Part shown: positions 10,392 to 20,268 of the stretch, piece by piece
How the letters are laid out: each line of letters begins with the position of its first letter
Numbering within the stretch: the first letter of the stretch is position 1
Origin: Pseudomonadota bacterium
Lineage (GTDB): Bacteria > Bdellovibrionota_C > UBA2361
Length of the DNA stretch: 64,000 bases
Assembly: GCA_046047875.1 (NCBI GenBank)
Contig: JBJOHD010000098.1
Location: 219 to 64,218 of the forward strand
Direction of reading: 5' to 3'
Program-made: the position numbers and the translations under genes
The notes under the pieces: generated by a model
Database searches by the model: none
What the model was told of the DNA's origin: nothing
What the model saw: the letters and a program-made list of their open reading frames with translations, nothing else

Positions 10392-11048
10392 TTACTTGCT
10401 GACATCGGCGATAATAGCCGGGGTGATATCCGCTGTCTTGCTGCCGAAAAGAACGGGGCCCCGAGCCTGCTCGCTCTTATCGAGAACCAGGTCGATCTGG
10501 TTAGCCTCGGCGTACTTCTTAATCGCGGCCAGCGCTCGTTCGGTGAGGTCCTTGTTAACCTTCAAGAACTCCCGCTTCATATCTTCTTCCGCGTCTTTGA
10601 CGAAACGGGCGAAGGCTCGGGCATCGTCGCGAAAAGCCTCAGCCTCACGCGAATCCTCGGCGACCTTCGCCGCCTTTAATTTCTCCTCGGTGGCTTTGAG
10701 CGAGTTACGCTTGGTCTCGATCTCTTTCTTTGCCTTCAGCGACATATCATCGAGCTTCTTACGCATCTCTTTGGAGCCTTTCGACTCGTTCAGCACCCGG
10801 CCGACATCAACGGTCGCAACCTTGAATTCAGCGTGAGCGGTCGCACACGAAAAAGCCACGACACACGCGGCCAGAGCTCCAGCCACACCTGCGATTCGAC
10901 GAGCCATACACCTACCACTTGAAATAAGCCGAACCGTCCCCGTGCAGACTGCACCTGAACGGCCTACCGCTTGACCGAGGTACGTTAGACTATCCGAAAT
11001 AGGGAGGCAATCGGCTGCGCCGTCTGCGATCGAGCCGCGCAGAATCAA
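10392..11048 (-). CDS. OmpH/Skp-like periplasmic chaperone
   Basis: Signal peptide followed by a long Lys/Glu/Ala-rich coiled-coil, ~200 aa, characteristic of Skp/OmpH. Confidence 0.6.
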   Translation of the reverse strand: MILRGSIADGAADCLPISDSLTYLGQAVGRSGAVCTGTVRLISSGRCMARRIAGVAGALAACVVAFSCATAHAEFKVATVDVGRVLNESKGSKEMRKKLDDMSLKAKKEIETKRNSLKATEEKLKAAKVAEDSREAEAFRDDARAFARFVKDAEEDMKREFLKVNKDLTERALAAIKKYAEANQIDLVLDKSEQARGPVLFGSKTADITPAIIADVSK

Positions 11049-11086
11049 GATGTTAGAGGCTTAGGGACCTCAACTCGTAGTCTGAC

Positions 11087-12775
11087 CTAGACCGATACCT
11101 CGATCGGGATACCCCCTGGTATCGACGGGAGCCGCTGATTGAGCACGTCCACCACCGAGCGGAAGATCCGTCGGGCTTCGAACGAGAGCGTGGCTGAATT
11201 CCCGCAATCGGCGTAGAGCGCCACCGGCGTATCGTGATCGGCATCGATCGGAGAAAGCGCGAACGCTTTACTCCCAAACGGAGAGACAGGACTCTCCTTG
11301 TTTCCGAACGACTGCACCTTTGAGAAGCACTGCGCCAGAGGAGATAACGGATCGTCGAGACTCAGCTTTTGGCCGTTTCCGATATTCGGGCCACGTGCCG
11401 CCACCACCACCGCTGATTTCCGGTCCTTAGAAACAACGATAAGCGCCGACTTCTCGAACGGCCCTTTGTCCACGAGCGATTGCAAAAGCTGCGAGAGCAG
11501 CTCCTCGCTTCGGGTCGCTTGTTCGAATTGCCCGGTTATGGCCGAGACGATCGTCGTCCCGTTCGTGGTATGGATTACCGGCGGCTCTACGAAAACAACC
11601 TCGGTTGATCGTGCAACCTCCTTTCGATGGGCCTTCGCATCGCTCAAACCGAACTGGTCGATCTGATTCCGGGCATCCTCCAACACCTTAACGGTATCGG
11701 CGATACCGCTCCGCACATTTGAAACAACCGGAGAAGGTTCACCGGAAACTTGCAAAGCCGGGATAGTTTGCACCACGGTGTTCGAAGACGAATCTGACCG
11801 AACGAGGGCACCGATCTCAGAGTTTAATTCGACTTGACCTCGCTCGTCCGACGCGGGCGGTATGCTCGATGGGCGCCCACCCTCTTTCCGCATGTCCTCA
11901 ATCACCTTCGCCGAAAACAGATACTCCGAGGCCCGTTCATAGATCTTCAGGTACTGAGCCTCAGCGATCTGAAGCATCCGCGTGGGGCTCTTGGGCGGTA
12001 ACTGTTTCCCAGGGGCTAGTTTCTCCCACCGCTTCGAATCAAAAGCGTCGCACATCTCGACCGCGGCTTGGCACAGCGGACGTAGAATCGCCCGCTCAGG
12101 AACCCGCGACGCCGCCTCGCGATCGATCGCGAACAGAATCGCCTCCGGCACACCGTTGCGACGAAGATACATGACCCCCATCTTCTCACAGTCGAACTTA
12201 CACTCCTGGACAAGTCGATAATTCATCGTGGAGCGGGAATTCCCCTCGGCGAGTGCGAGGTATTTTCGCTTGAGATACGCCACCGCCAATATCTCCCCCA
12301 TCGGGGCAAAAAGAGCAGCGGTCTGGGCATCCTCGGTGAGATTTCGCGCCAACGCCTCCGCAAGAATACTCGATAGTATTGAGATACGCTTCGCCCGCTG
12401 CCGATGCTCTTCGACAAAGGCGACAACTCTTGGATCTTCAAAATCTTGCCGCTCCCCGATCTTATTCAGGGTATCGAGTACAACATCGGAGCCAAGTCTA
12501 ATAATGGCGCTCTTCGCCGAGGTTATCGGAGAGCGGCCCCCGGAGAAGAACATCGCGTTGGCTATCCGCAGCAGCTCCATGACGAGCACCGGATCTTGGG
12601 CAGCGCAGATCGCGAGATCCTCCACCCTGATATTTTTATTGCCAACGAGGCGACGCGCCTCAGCCCACACCGCTCGATCGGGGGGTAATTGCAGAGAAAG
12701 CGCCGCTCCCGAGGAACGGGTGGAGTCTCCACCGGCGGAGCCCTTTTCGTCCTCTATGAACTTGTCTTTCGTCAT
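11087..12775 (-). CDS. HDOD domain-containing signalling protein with a long C-terminal region of unknown function
   Basis: RVEDLAICAAQDPVLVMELLRIANAMFF matches the HDOD signature; the remaining ~350 aa has no recognisable domain. Confidence 0.5.
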   Translation of the reverse strand: MTKDKFIEDEKGSAGGDSTRSSGAALSLQLPPDRAVWAEARRLVGNKNIRVEDLAICAAQDPVLVMELLRIANAMFFSGGRSPITSAKSAIIRLGSDVVLDTLNKIGERQDFEDPRVVAFVEEHRQRAKRISILSSILAEALARNLTEDAQTAALFAPMGEILAVAYLKRKYLALAEGNSRSTMNYRLVQECKFDCEKMGVMYLRRNGVPEAILFAIDREAASRVPERAILRPLCQAAVEMCDAFDSKRWEKLAPGKQLPPKSPTRMLQIAEAQYLKIYERASEYLFSAKVIEDMRKEGGRPSSIPPASDERGQVELNSEIGALVRSDSSSNTVVQTIPALQVSGEPSPVVSNVRSGIADTVKVLEDARNQIDQFGLSDAKAHRKEVARSTEVVFVEPPVIHTTNGTTIVSAITGQFEQATRSEELLSQLLQSLVDKGPFEKSALIVVSKDRKSAVVVAARGPNIGNGQKLSLDDPLSPLAQCFSKVQSFGNKESPVSPFGSKAFALSPIDADHDTPVALYADCGNSATLSFEARRIFRSVVDVLNQRLPSIPGGIPIEVSV

Positions 12776-13159
12776 GACTTTCGGAGCGGCAAAATCTCGT
12801 AGAAGGAGATCGTCATTTTTCCGGGGGAACTTAACGGGAACTATTACTGGGAGTGCTCCGACTGAACAGAGCTATACAATTGAAAAAAATGAAGTTCTTA
12901 ATATACCGGCGTTATCAGAGGAGCGGTTTCAACGACCCAGACCTCAGACCCCTCCCAAGCGCTCCGAGAGATGACTTAAAGAGCTCGAGGGGAAGACCGC
13001 TTTAACCTGGTCGAATGGAGAAATAGGGGGCGGCTTTCGAAGCGACTCCGTCTCGCGAGCGCGGGACCTCCTCGGCCCGAAGCTCAAACCGGATATCGCC
13101 CCCTCAAAGAATCCCGAGCGGAGCTCGAGGACCTCCGACGCCGCACCACATGATCTCAC

Positions 13160-13840
13160 TTACTCGCTGCGAGAGAGGATCTCAGGGCAGTCGGCGGCGA
13201 TCGCACCGAGGTCGAATGAAAACGGAATCGGCTCACTTTTTCGCGGTGCGACCTTAATTTCTAAGACCTTGCCACCATACAGACGTTTTATAAGCCCCGG
13301 GGCGTTCGGAGGGATCACACTGTTCCGATCGGGGGCTACGCTCCAGAGCTCTTTAACGACCTCCTCTCGGTCAACGCGGCTATTTACCGCGACTTTTCCA
13401 GCTGGGAGCTTTAATCCCACGCTGACGGTAGCAGCGCGATCGACCCCACAGGCGAGTTTAATTTCGGGACGCAGCACCGCGCCGCTCTTCATCCGCACCT
13501 CGCGCCGTGACCGTAACCTCGCCTGGGTTTGCTTCGCAGATTCCTTCGATTTCGGCTTCTCTACTTCGATCGAATTCGCCGAGCCGAGCCGCGGTGCCGC
13601 AGCTCGCGGTGTGCTTTGAATAAGACGCTCAGCGAGAGCGTCGTAACACTCGAGCCGTTGGAAGTTCGAATCTCGCTCGCTGCACTCAAGCATCGCCCCT
13701 TCGAGCGAACGGGTCGTCTGGGCGGCGATATTCGGTGTTGGAAAGCCGATAATAGCAGCGGCGAGGATGAGTGCCACGCTGCCGAGGGGGCGCTGGTGAG
13801 GATTCGGTGGGGCAACGCCCTTCTTTTTAAAACTAAACAT
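13160..13840 (-). CDS. Secreted hypothetical protein
   Basis: Signal peptide (LGSVALILAAAIIGF) and a Cys pair; no domain recognised. Confidence 0.4.
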   Translation of the reverse strand: MFSFKKKGVAPPNPHQRPLGSVALILAAAIIGFPTPNIAAQTTRSLEGAMLECSERDSNFQRLECYDALAERLIQSTPRAAAPRLGSANSIEVEKPKSKESAKQTQARLRSRREVRMKSGAVLRPEIKLACGVDRAATVSVGLKLPAGKVAVNSRVDREEVVKELWSVAPDRNSVIPPNAPGLIKRLYGGKVLEIKVAPRKSEPIPFSFDLGAIAADCPEILSRSE

Positions 13841-14084
13841 CGTTCATCTCCGTGCCGATAACCTCTATTGAGCGCTGAAATGTACGCCCAAGATTTCTTG
13901 TGAGGGCAGCATGATGAGTAAAATTAAAGAGATAGCCGACACCATACGTTCGGCGGTGGAATCTCTTAAATGGCACCTTTTTGGTCGCCCAGTTCCGGTT
14001 CGAGTCCGTTCAAACGGTCGAAAACGTTAAGGAAGCATCCTTTCACCCTCTTACCCTCATGAGCGTTATGGTACCTTTTCGGGT

Positions 14085-14675
14085 ATGGCTATCAGAACTT
14101 CTGGGCTAAACGACGGGGTTCATCCCTACGGACGAAGCGCTAAAATCGTTGGAGACTACCGCACCATCGGGACCGAGCTCCTTCGCTACGAGGCGGGGAC
14201 TCGCAGCTACGGCTACCAGTCGTTTTCGGCATTTACTGGATTTCGCGAGGGGGTCTCGTTCATCGGCGTGGAGGTACTTGAAAGCTACCTCGAGGATCTC
14301 CTCGATCTCGATATCTCAGACGATGCCTTATTTATCCGATTAAAGGGATTCCGTGTTCGCTCCACCCATTGGGCGCTGGTTGGACTCATTGGGGCTGTCA
14401 CTGTTGGGCTCTACGCCGCCTCATCGGGAGCCTCCCTCCCCCTCTCACTCGGACTAACGGTGGCTCTCGCCTTTCCGTTTGCGATCGTTTGGCACTTTGC
14501 ACCCCGCGATGGACTTACCCGAAGGGTTGGTTTTGCGCAGATACTCTCCCACGAGATCGCACGGCGTCGGGGCGGGGAGGATGGGCGGCCCAAAACCCTC
14601 ACCCCTGCAGCGCTCCTCGAAAAGTTAGTGGCTCACCGCAACCCGAGCTCTGCGCGAGTTGGGTTCGATGCGTAG
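14085..14675 (+). CDS. Hypothetical membrane protein
   Basis: 196 aa with two central hydrophobic helices; no motif. Confidence 0.35.
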   Translation: MAIRTSGLNDGVHPYGRSAKIVGDYRTIGTELLRYEAGTRSYGYQSFSAFTGFREGVSFIGVEVLESYLEDLLDLDISDDALFIRLKGFRVRSTHWALVGLIGAVTVGLYAASSGASLPLSLGLTVALAFPFAIVWHFAPRDGLTRRVGFAQILSHEIARRRGGEDGRPKTLTPAALLEKLVAHRNPSSARVGFDA

Positions 14676-14686
14676 CGAATCTCAGA

Positions 14687-16102
14687 TCATCCCTTTTTCT
14701 TGCTTTTCGGCTTTTCTGGCGCGGGCGTGGGCTGCGGCCACAGCTTTCGGGGATCGAAGTTCGCTGGGAGGAGACCCTCATGGGGGGTACGACACATCAC
14801 AAATCGATTGTAGTCGATCGTATTAATCTCGTTCCGAAGATGGTCGATGACTACCTGAGCACTCGCATACGGACGTTTCACCTTACGATCCGCGGTCACA
14901 CCGAGCCCAAAGACGCCGATCACCGTTTTCCACAGATGCCCGGAGCGATCGTACACAAATTTGTACACCGGCAGCATACTCACCTTGTCGACGTACAAAA
15001 CCTGTCGGCCGTAATGGCTGTAGGGATCGCTTGAGGTAAGCTCGACTCGCCACAGCCGGCGGGGCACAAAGACCGCATCTCCCAGCACCTCGGGCCCGCC
15101 CGCGAGTGCTGGTGATACCTTAGACGGCGATCCCTCCTCACCGAGCTCACGCTGGGTTACTCCGAAGCACCCTTCACCGTGAGGGGCAAGCTGTCCGAGC
15201 TCGGTGTCGGCGAACGGAGCAAAGCCCACCGCCGAGCGATCCGCTACGGCCTCGATGAGCTCAGCTTTCCCCGACCAGACGAGGAGGTCATCGACTGCGG
15301 TCGCTCCCCGAGCGAGGACGTCGGAGCGATTCGACCCCGTCAACTGTCGCGCCTTCTGCAGCGCCGGGGAGTAAAACCACACGACATCCTCATCCCCGCC
15401 GCGGAAGCGGAACGTTAACCACGCGAGTCTCTTAAGCGGCTCGGGGGTCGTTAGGGTGAGTAGTTCACGAAATAGCTGGGAACCTCCCTCGATACCGAGG
15501 GTTGCGGGATACGCCCGCACGATCTGCCCCCGCAATATCCGAGTCGGCCGCCCCTCTTTTATCCACGTAAGATCGAAGTCGCTTTCAACGCTCCCCTGTC
15601 CCCACCACACACTTTGGGCGTTCCACACGATGCGTGCCCCGAGAAGGCTCGGATCGCTCTCTTTAAGCATCTCCGGCTCAGCACCGAAAGGATAACCACC
15701 GTTGACCCCGATATCCGCTCGAAGGGTCGTGCTCCCGCTGACAAGCGCGAGCTTATTAGCTGCGGCGTTGCGATAACTCGCCCCCTCCCACTCATCGTCG
15801 ATCCGCCAGAAATAACCGAGCTCTCTCCGAGCCGAGATCGAGAGATCGCCGTTCTTCACCGCGGAGAGCAGTTCGGGGACTACCAGGGCCTTCCAGGCGT
15901 TGAGATTCGTGGCGCTAACAACTATCGGGGATCCCTTTGAGCTCTCGGGGAGCAGCGGCACACCCTCCGGAAGCTCAACCTTGCTTCCTTCAGCTCGGGG
16001 ATCCTCCGCGCTGGCAGCTTGATAGCCGATGCCGAGGATCGCGACGATCCACGCGACGAAAAACCGCGCTCCTCGATTACCCCACCTCATAGTAGCGCTC
16101 AC
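14687..16102 (-). CDS. Secreted hypothetical protein (DUF1329/LolA-like?)
   Basis: 471 aa with an N-terminal signal peptide (FVAWIVAILGIGYQAASA); the size and composition are reminiscent of DUF1329 outer-membrane-associated proteins. Confidence 0.45.
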   Translation of the reverse strand: MSATMRWGNRGARFFVAWIVAILGIGYQAASAEDPRAEGSKVELPEGVPLLPESSKGSPIVVSATNLNAWKALVVPELLSAVKNGDLSISARRELGYFWRIDDEWEGASYRNAAANKLALVSGSTTLRADIGVNGGYPFGAEPEMLKESDPSLLGARIVWNAQSVWWGQGSVESDFDLTWIKEGRPTRILRGQIVRAYPATLGIEGGSQLFRELLTLTTPEPLKRLAWLTFRFRGGDEDVVWFYSPALQKARQLTGSNRSDVLARGATAVDDLLVWSGKAELIEAVADRSAVGFAPFADTELGQLAPHGEGCFGVTQRELGEEGSPSKVSPALAGGPEVLGDAVFVPRRLWRVELTSSDPYSHYGRQVLYVDKVSMLPVYKFVYDRSGHLWKTVIGVFGLGVTADRKVKRPYASAQVVIDHLRNEINTIDYNRFVMCRTPHEGLLPANFDPRKLWPQPTPAPEKPKSKKKG

Positions 16103-16128
16103 CTGTTGGGGGATTTAGACCGGAAGAA

Positions 16129-16716
16129 TCACTTAAACGGGTGCTTCTCAAGATCCTGCATCTTCTTCATGTGGGCCTCAAACATCGCCTCAGGACCTAC
16201 ATCTTCCAGCACACGTGAGCGCTCCATGAGCGTCTCTTTATCCTCGATAAACATCCGCGGATCGGGGGGGTAAACCTCGGGGTGTATCCCGGTATCCATC
16301 CGGATCGCATCGACCGGGCATGCCTCGACGCAGTATCCGCAGTAGATGCAGAGGAGTGTATCGATCTCATAGCGGTGGGGGAACTTTTCGACGCTTTTAT
16401 CCTCGTGCTCAGCCGCTTCGATGTAGATGCACTTCGCCGGGCACGCGGTCGCACACAGAAAGCACGAGGTGCACTTGATGTCTCCGTTTGGATTGAGCGT
16501 CAAGCGATGCCGACCACGATAGCGCGCCGGGTATGGCCGCCGCTCATTCGGGTACTGAATACTCGCAGCCGCTGCGATCTCTTTTTTAAGCCCCACCACG
16601 TGCATGATGTGGAGGGTAAGATTACGAATCAGCCGTCCAAACGTCAGGACCACACCCTTAACCACCTCGACGACATAGATCCGCTCGAGGAAGGTCATCT
16701 CTTCTCGTCGCTTCAT
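16129..16716 (-). CDS. nuoI: NADH-quinone oxidoreductase subunit I-like 2x[4Fe-4S] ferredoxin
   Basis: Two CxxCxxCxxxCP motifs (CTSCFLCATACP, CIYCGYCVEACP); 195 aa, NuoI-like length. No other nuo genes are adjacent. Confidence 0.75.
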   Translation of the reverse strand: MKRREEMTFLERIYVVEVVKGVVLTFGRLIRNLTLHIMHVVGLKKEIAAAASIQYPNERRPYPARYRGRHRLTLNPNGDIKCTSCFLCATACPAKCIYIEAAEHEDKSVEKFPHRYEIDTLLCIYCGYCVEACPVDAIRMDTGIHPEVYPPDPRMFIEDKETLMERSRVLEDVGPEAMFEAHMKKMQDLEKHPFK

Positions 16717-16766
16717 AGCTCGACCTGTGCAAACGAACTCAAAAAGTTGCGCGCCTGTGCGCGCGG

Positions 16767-17672
16767 TTAGCCGCGCGATTTTATGAACGTGGCCAACTCG
16801 TTGGCCAACCTTATCGCAAGTTTCGGGGTGGCACCACTTACCACATGGAATCCGGCGACGAACGGCGCATTTAGCTCAGCCAGATGCAAACAATGGTGCA
16901 CCGAAAAATCGGCTAAGTCACGCTCCGGGTCGGCCTTCACAAGCGACTCTATCGCCTCCGATACCCTTACCCCCGGTACTTTGGCTAACCCCGCCACCGA
17001 GCGAGCCGACTTAAGAGGCATCAACCCCATGAGGATCGGTATTCCCACCCCCTGAGCCTCCTTGAAGAACTCCACCGAACTCACCTCATCGAAGACCGGC
17101 TGGCTTAACGCATAACGGGCCCCCGCATCGAGCTTCCTTTTAAGGCGCTTCAGCTCAGCACCCCGATTGCGCGCGTTCGGATTTACCACCACCCCCGGGA
17201 AATACTCAGGGGTCCCGGTAAGGGGATTCCCAACAAGATCCCGCCCCTCATTCAAAGTCTGGATGGCCCCAAGTAGCCCTATCGAGTTAACCTCGAACAC
17301 ACCTTTCCTCTCCGGAGAGTCCCCGATGGTCACCGCATCGCCGGTCAGGGCGATAACCGAGCGAATGCCAAGCGCCCACCCACCGAGAAGGTCAGCCTGA
17401 ATGGCGATAAGGTTCCTGTCCCGACACGAAAAATTGACGAGCGGTTCAATTCCAAAACGACTTTTTAAAATAGCTGCGAACGGAACGGCGGCGAGCCTCA
17501 TCTTGGCGAGAGCGCAATCGGTTACGTTAAAGAAGTCGATCCCCCCGACCTGCCCCTCGAGCCGGGCCAAGACATCCCCAACATCTACCCCCCGGGGAGG
17601 ATTCACCTCTAGACAGAGGAGGGGCCTCGATTTACCCCCCTTCAAAACCTCCCTTAAAAGCTCGAGCGCCAT
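16767..17672 (-). CDS. metF: 5,10-methylenetetrahydrofolate reductase
   Basis: 301 aa with the LLCLEVNPPRG...FFNVTDC TIM-barrel MTHFR signature. Confidence 0.8.
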   Translation of the reverse strand: MALELLREVLKGGKSRPLLCLEVNPPRGVDVGDVLARLEGQVGGIDFFNVTDCALAKMRLAAVPFAAILKSRFGIEPLVNFSCRDRNLIAIQADLLGGWALGIRSVIALTGDAVTIGDSPERKGVFEVNSIGLLGAIQTLNEGRDLVGNPLTGTPEYFPGVVVNPNARNRGAELKRLKRKLDAGARYALSQPVFDEVSSVEFFKEAQGVGIPILMGLMPLKSARSVAGLAKVPGVRVSEAIESLVKADPERDLADFSVHHCLHLAELNAPFVAGFHVVSGATPKLAIRLANELATFIKSRG

Positions 17673-18000
17673 CCGTATCCCCGCGACCTAAAAGGGCTAA
17701 TTTACCCCTAGGAAACCCTTTAATTCTTGCAATTACCGTTAAATATTACTAGCCTAATGAAGTTTTAGGGCTTTTGGAACGTCTGCTGGGTATATTTATT
17801 TACATCCGCCGGACCGACCTACCACTTCCGGTTCCTTGTTTTTCGCAGCGTGCTTAGCAGCGTTGTCTTGCGGCAACGTTTTTGAACCGCTCAAACAGAT
17901 CGGGAGGAGCCCGTATATCCCGATATCGCGGGGGCACCCCCATCGATAAGGGGTTAAGTAGGTGGCATCGTCTCGGTAGGAACACTCGGTCCGTACCTGG

Positions 18001-18663
18001 GTGGTTCCGCCGTATGTGATGTGTCTAGTACAAACGTTCGCCGATATGACTGTAAGCATTGAAGTCTTTTACTCTTTTCAAAGCCCGTATTCCTATCTCG
18101 CCATCGAGTCGATCTACGAAATCGAGAGCAAGTACGACGTCGAGCTTTTGTGGCAGCCGTTCTCGGCGAAGGCTTCTGGGCAACAGATGACCCCGTCACC
18201 GATCGTCCCCGATAAGCTCTCCTACCTCTTTGAGGATACGAAGCGTTTCGCTGGTGAACGGAATATCCCGCTCGTGTTCCCCGAGGGGTGGCCGGAGAAC
18301 GAGTTCGACCCAGGCCGGGTTACCCGGGGTGCGGTCGTCGCCGGCGATCTCGGAATCCTCATGGAGTACAACTACAAGGTGTTCCATAAGTGGTGGGGGC
18401 TCGGCGAGAACCCGAACGATGAGAACTTCATGAACGAGCTGTGCGATGAGCTCGACATCGACCTCGGCGATTTCTTAAGCAAAGTCTCCTCCTCCGACAC
18501 CCGCGAGCGGGTAAAGGGGATCTATAAGCGGGGCCGGAAGATGGGGGTCTACGATACCCCAACCTTCGTTCTCGATAAGGAGCGGATCTTCGGGATCGAC
18601 AAGATCTCCTACCTCGCCGCTCGCCTCGACAAGATGGGCGCGATCCGGAAGAAAGAGCGGTAA
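18001..18663 (+). CDS. DsbA-like thioredoxin-fold protein, 2-hydroxychromene-2-carboxylate isomerase family
   Basis: IEVFYSFQSPYSYLA N-terminal motif (the SxxS/CxxC position) typical of the HCCA isomerase/DsbA-like family. Confidence 0.65.
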   Translation: MVPPYVMCLVQTFADMTVSIEVFYSFQSPYSYLAIESIYEIESKYDVELLWQPFSAKASGQQMTPSPIVPDKLSYLFEDTKRFAGERNIPLVFPEGWPENEFDPGRVTRGAVVAGDLGILMEYNYKVFHKWWGLGENPNDENFMNELCDELDIDLGDFLSKVSSSDTRERVKGIYKRGRKMGVYDTPTFVLDKERIFGIDKISYLAARLDKMGAIRKKER

Positions 18664-18679
18664 AGAGCCGGAATACCCC

Positions 18680-19459
18680 GTGTCGCAGGAGCGCCGCGTC
18701 TTCGTGAACGTTTCGAGCCTCTCGAAACGACCCGAGGACGGGGCGCTTCCGTTTTTGTGCCCCCTCGACGACGAGGCCTCGCACCACACCCGAGACGTTC
18801 TTCGTCTTCGGGCGGGCGACGCCGTGACCGCGATCGACACCGCCTCCCGACAACGCTACGGCGCGACGATCACCGATCTCTGGCCGGTTGTAGTGCTGCG
18901 ACTCGAGCGGGAGCTCCCGCACCCCGCCCGGGCGAGTCGGGTAAAAACCCTTATCTTCGCCCTGTGTAAGGGGGAGCGAAACGACGTCGTGTGCCAAAAG
19001 GGGTGCGAGCTTGGCGCTGACCGGATCCTCTTCTGGCAAGCGGCTCGAAGCATCGTGAGGATCGAATCCCCCCGAGATCGGGACAAGAAGCTCGAGCGGT
19101 GGAGTAAGATCGCACTCGCGGCGGCGCAGCAATCGAATCGAAGCGACGTGCCATCGGTTGGGCTCGCGCTATCTACTGAGGAGCTCCTCGCCGAACTTCG
19201 GGGAGGGAGCGCGACGGGGGACGCTCTCTTGGTCTGCTCCCTTGAAAGCGACGCACGAGAGTTTCGCCATATCTCCCCACCCTCCGGCGGGGTCCACCTC
19301 GCGATCGGACCGGAGGGTGACTTTACTCCGGCCGAATATGCAGCGCTCAAAGAGCTCGGGTTTCTCCCGGTTTCGCTCGGCCCCCGCGTCCTTCGCGCTG
19401 AAACCGCGGCTATCGCGGCGATAGCCGCGGTGAATGCGGTCTGGGGGTTCGAGAACTGA
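18680..19459 (+). CDS. rsmE: 16S rRNA (uracil1498-N3)-methyltransferase
   Basis: RsmE family C-terminal motif LAIGPEGDFTPAE; 259 aa. Confidence 0.75.
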   Translation: MSQERRVFVNVSSLSKRPEDGALPFLCPLDDEASHHTRDVLRLRAGDAVTAIDTASRQRYGATITDLWPVVVLRLERELPHPARASRVKTLIFALCKGERNDVVCQKGCELGADRILFWQAARSIVRIESPRDRDKKLERWSKIALAAAQQSNRSDVPSVGLALSTEELLAELRGGSATGDALLVCSLESDAREFRHISPPSGGVHLAIGPEGDFTPAEYAALKELGFLPVSLGPRVLRAETAAIAAIAAVNAVWGFEN

Positions 19460-19548
19460 CCCGCCAAACACTCACTGCGCGCCACAGCAGGTTTTTTGCG
19501 ACGAGCGGGACTCTGTTCTCGTATCGTTTTACTGAAACGCGGTAATTC

Positions 19549-19995
19549 TTGGAGAAAGTTCGCTATAAAAAGTCTCTCGAAGGTTCTCGCCCCCCCCTCT
19601 TTCAAAGAGAGCATCGGACCGAGGAAGACACCGCGCTGCTGGATAGCCTCTTGAGTGACGGCCCCCCGACGAGCCGACCGCCGACGCGGCGCTGCTCTCC
19701 GACATCGGTCGGATCGACGGAGACTTCACGGCAGAGGAGCGTGCGTCGGCCGAAAAGGCGCTTGGCGCACCATTTCCAAACTCACCGATCGAACCGACTC
19801 AGCTCATCCGGAACGCCGCGGAAATTCTCAACTCGTTCCGAGGAGCTGAAACCTACCTGACAAAGATAAAGGCGAAGTATTCAACAGAGGAGCGACAAAG
19901 GATCTTTGAGGCGGTGGCGGCGGTTATCAAAGCCAACGGAGCCGAGAGCGGCGACGAGTCGTACCTCGAGAAGAAACTGAAGTTAATCCCCTAGA
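19549..19995 (+). pseudogene. TerB-like (tellurite resistance TerB/DUF533-type) gene interrupted by a frameshift at a C6 homopolymer
   Basis: Frame 1 (MEKVRYKK...LLDSLLSDG) runs into the C-tract at ~19667-19672. A second frame continues ...ADAALLSDIGRIDGDFTAEERASAEKALGA...TEERQRIFEAVAAVIKANGAESGDESYLEKKLKLIP*. This frame has no start codon of its own. The DG(D/E)..EE repeat composition is TerB-like. Confidence 0.4.
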
Positions 19996-20178
19996 AGACA
20001 CCGTCAGAAATCGAACCGCCTGACCCGACAAGGCGGACTTCATCCTGATGACTCAACCTCCTCTACCCCGAACGGCGCTCATCTCGAGATATCGTTGACC
20101 TATTCAACGAGCGCAACAAGCCGTGCGGCGAGATGATACGAGCGGCTCGAATCGATTAGGGATTTAAGAGCTGCCCGA

Positions 20179-20208
20179 TTGGACTTAGCCCCCCCCGATC
20201 GCTATTAT
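20179..20208 (+). promoter_or_regulatory. Sigma70-like promoter (TTGGAC-18-TATTAT) upstream of small peptide ORF A
   Basis: -35 TTGGAC at 20179-20184 and -10 TATTAT at 20203-20208 with an 18 nt spacer, ~60 nt upstream of the ATG at 20269. Confidence 0.35.
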
Positions 20209-20268
20209 AGTGGCGGAAGAGGTCAACTCGCTTTCCCATAGGTTTTTTCAATTTCATCGGAGGTTTCT

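Noticed and set aside
17673-18000. Riboswitch (SAM/ZTP-type) in the divergent metF / HCCA-isomerase intergenic region
   Set aside because: The region is AT-rich and promoter-like, but I could not recognise ZTP (pfl) or SAM-riboswitch conserved cores by eye. No claim is made.
18428-19614. Long minus-strand ORFs (234 aa and 252 aa) antisense to rsmE and the HCCA-isomerase gene; similar antisense ORFs occur inside pckG, the DUF3300 gene (32386-33244), the ABC transporter, the hybrid HK and others
   Set aside because: They are Arg/Ser/Pro-rich low-complexity translations typical of the reverse frames of GC-rich genes. The sense-strand genes have clear functional motifs.
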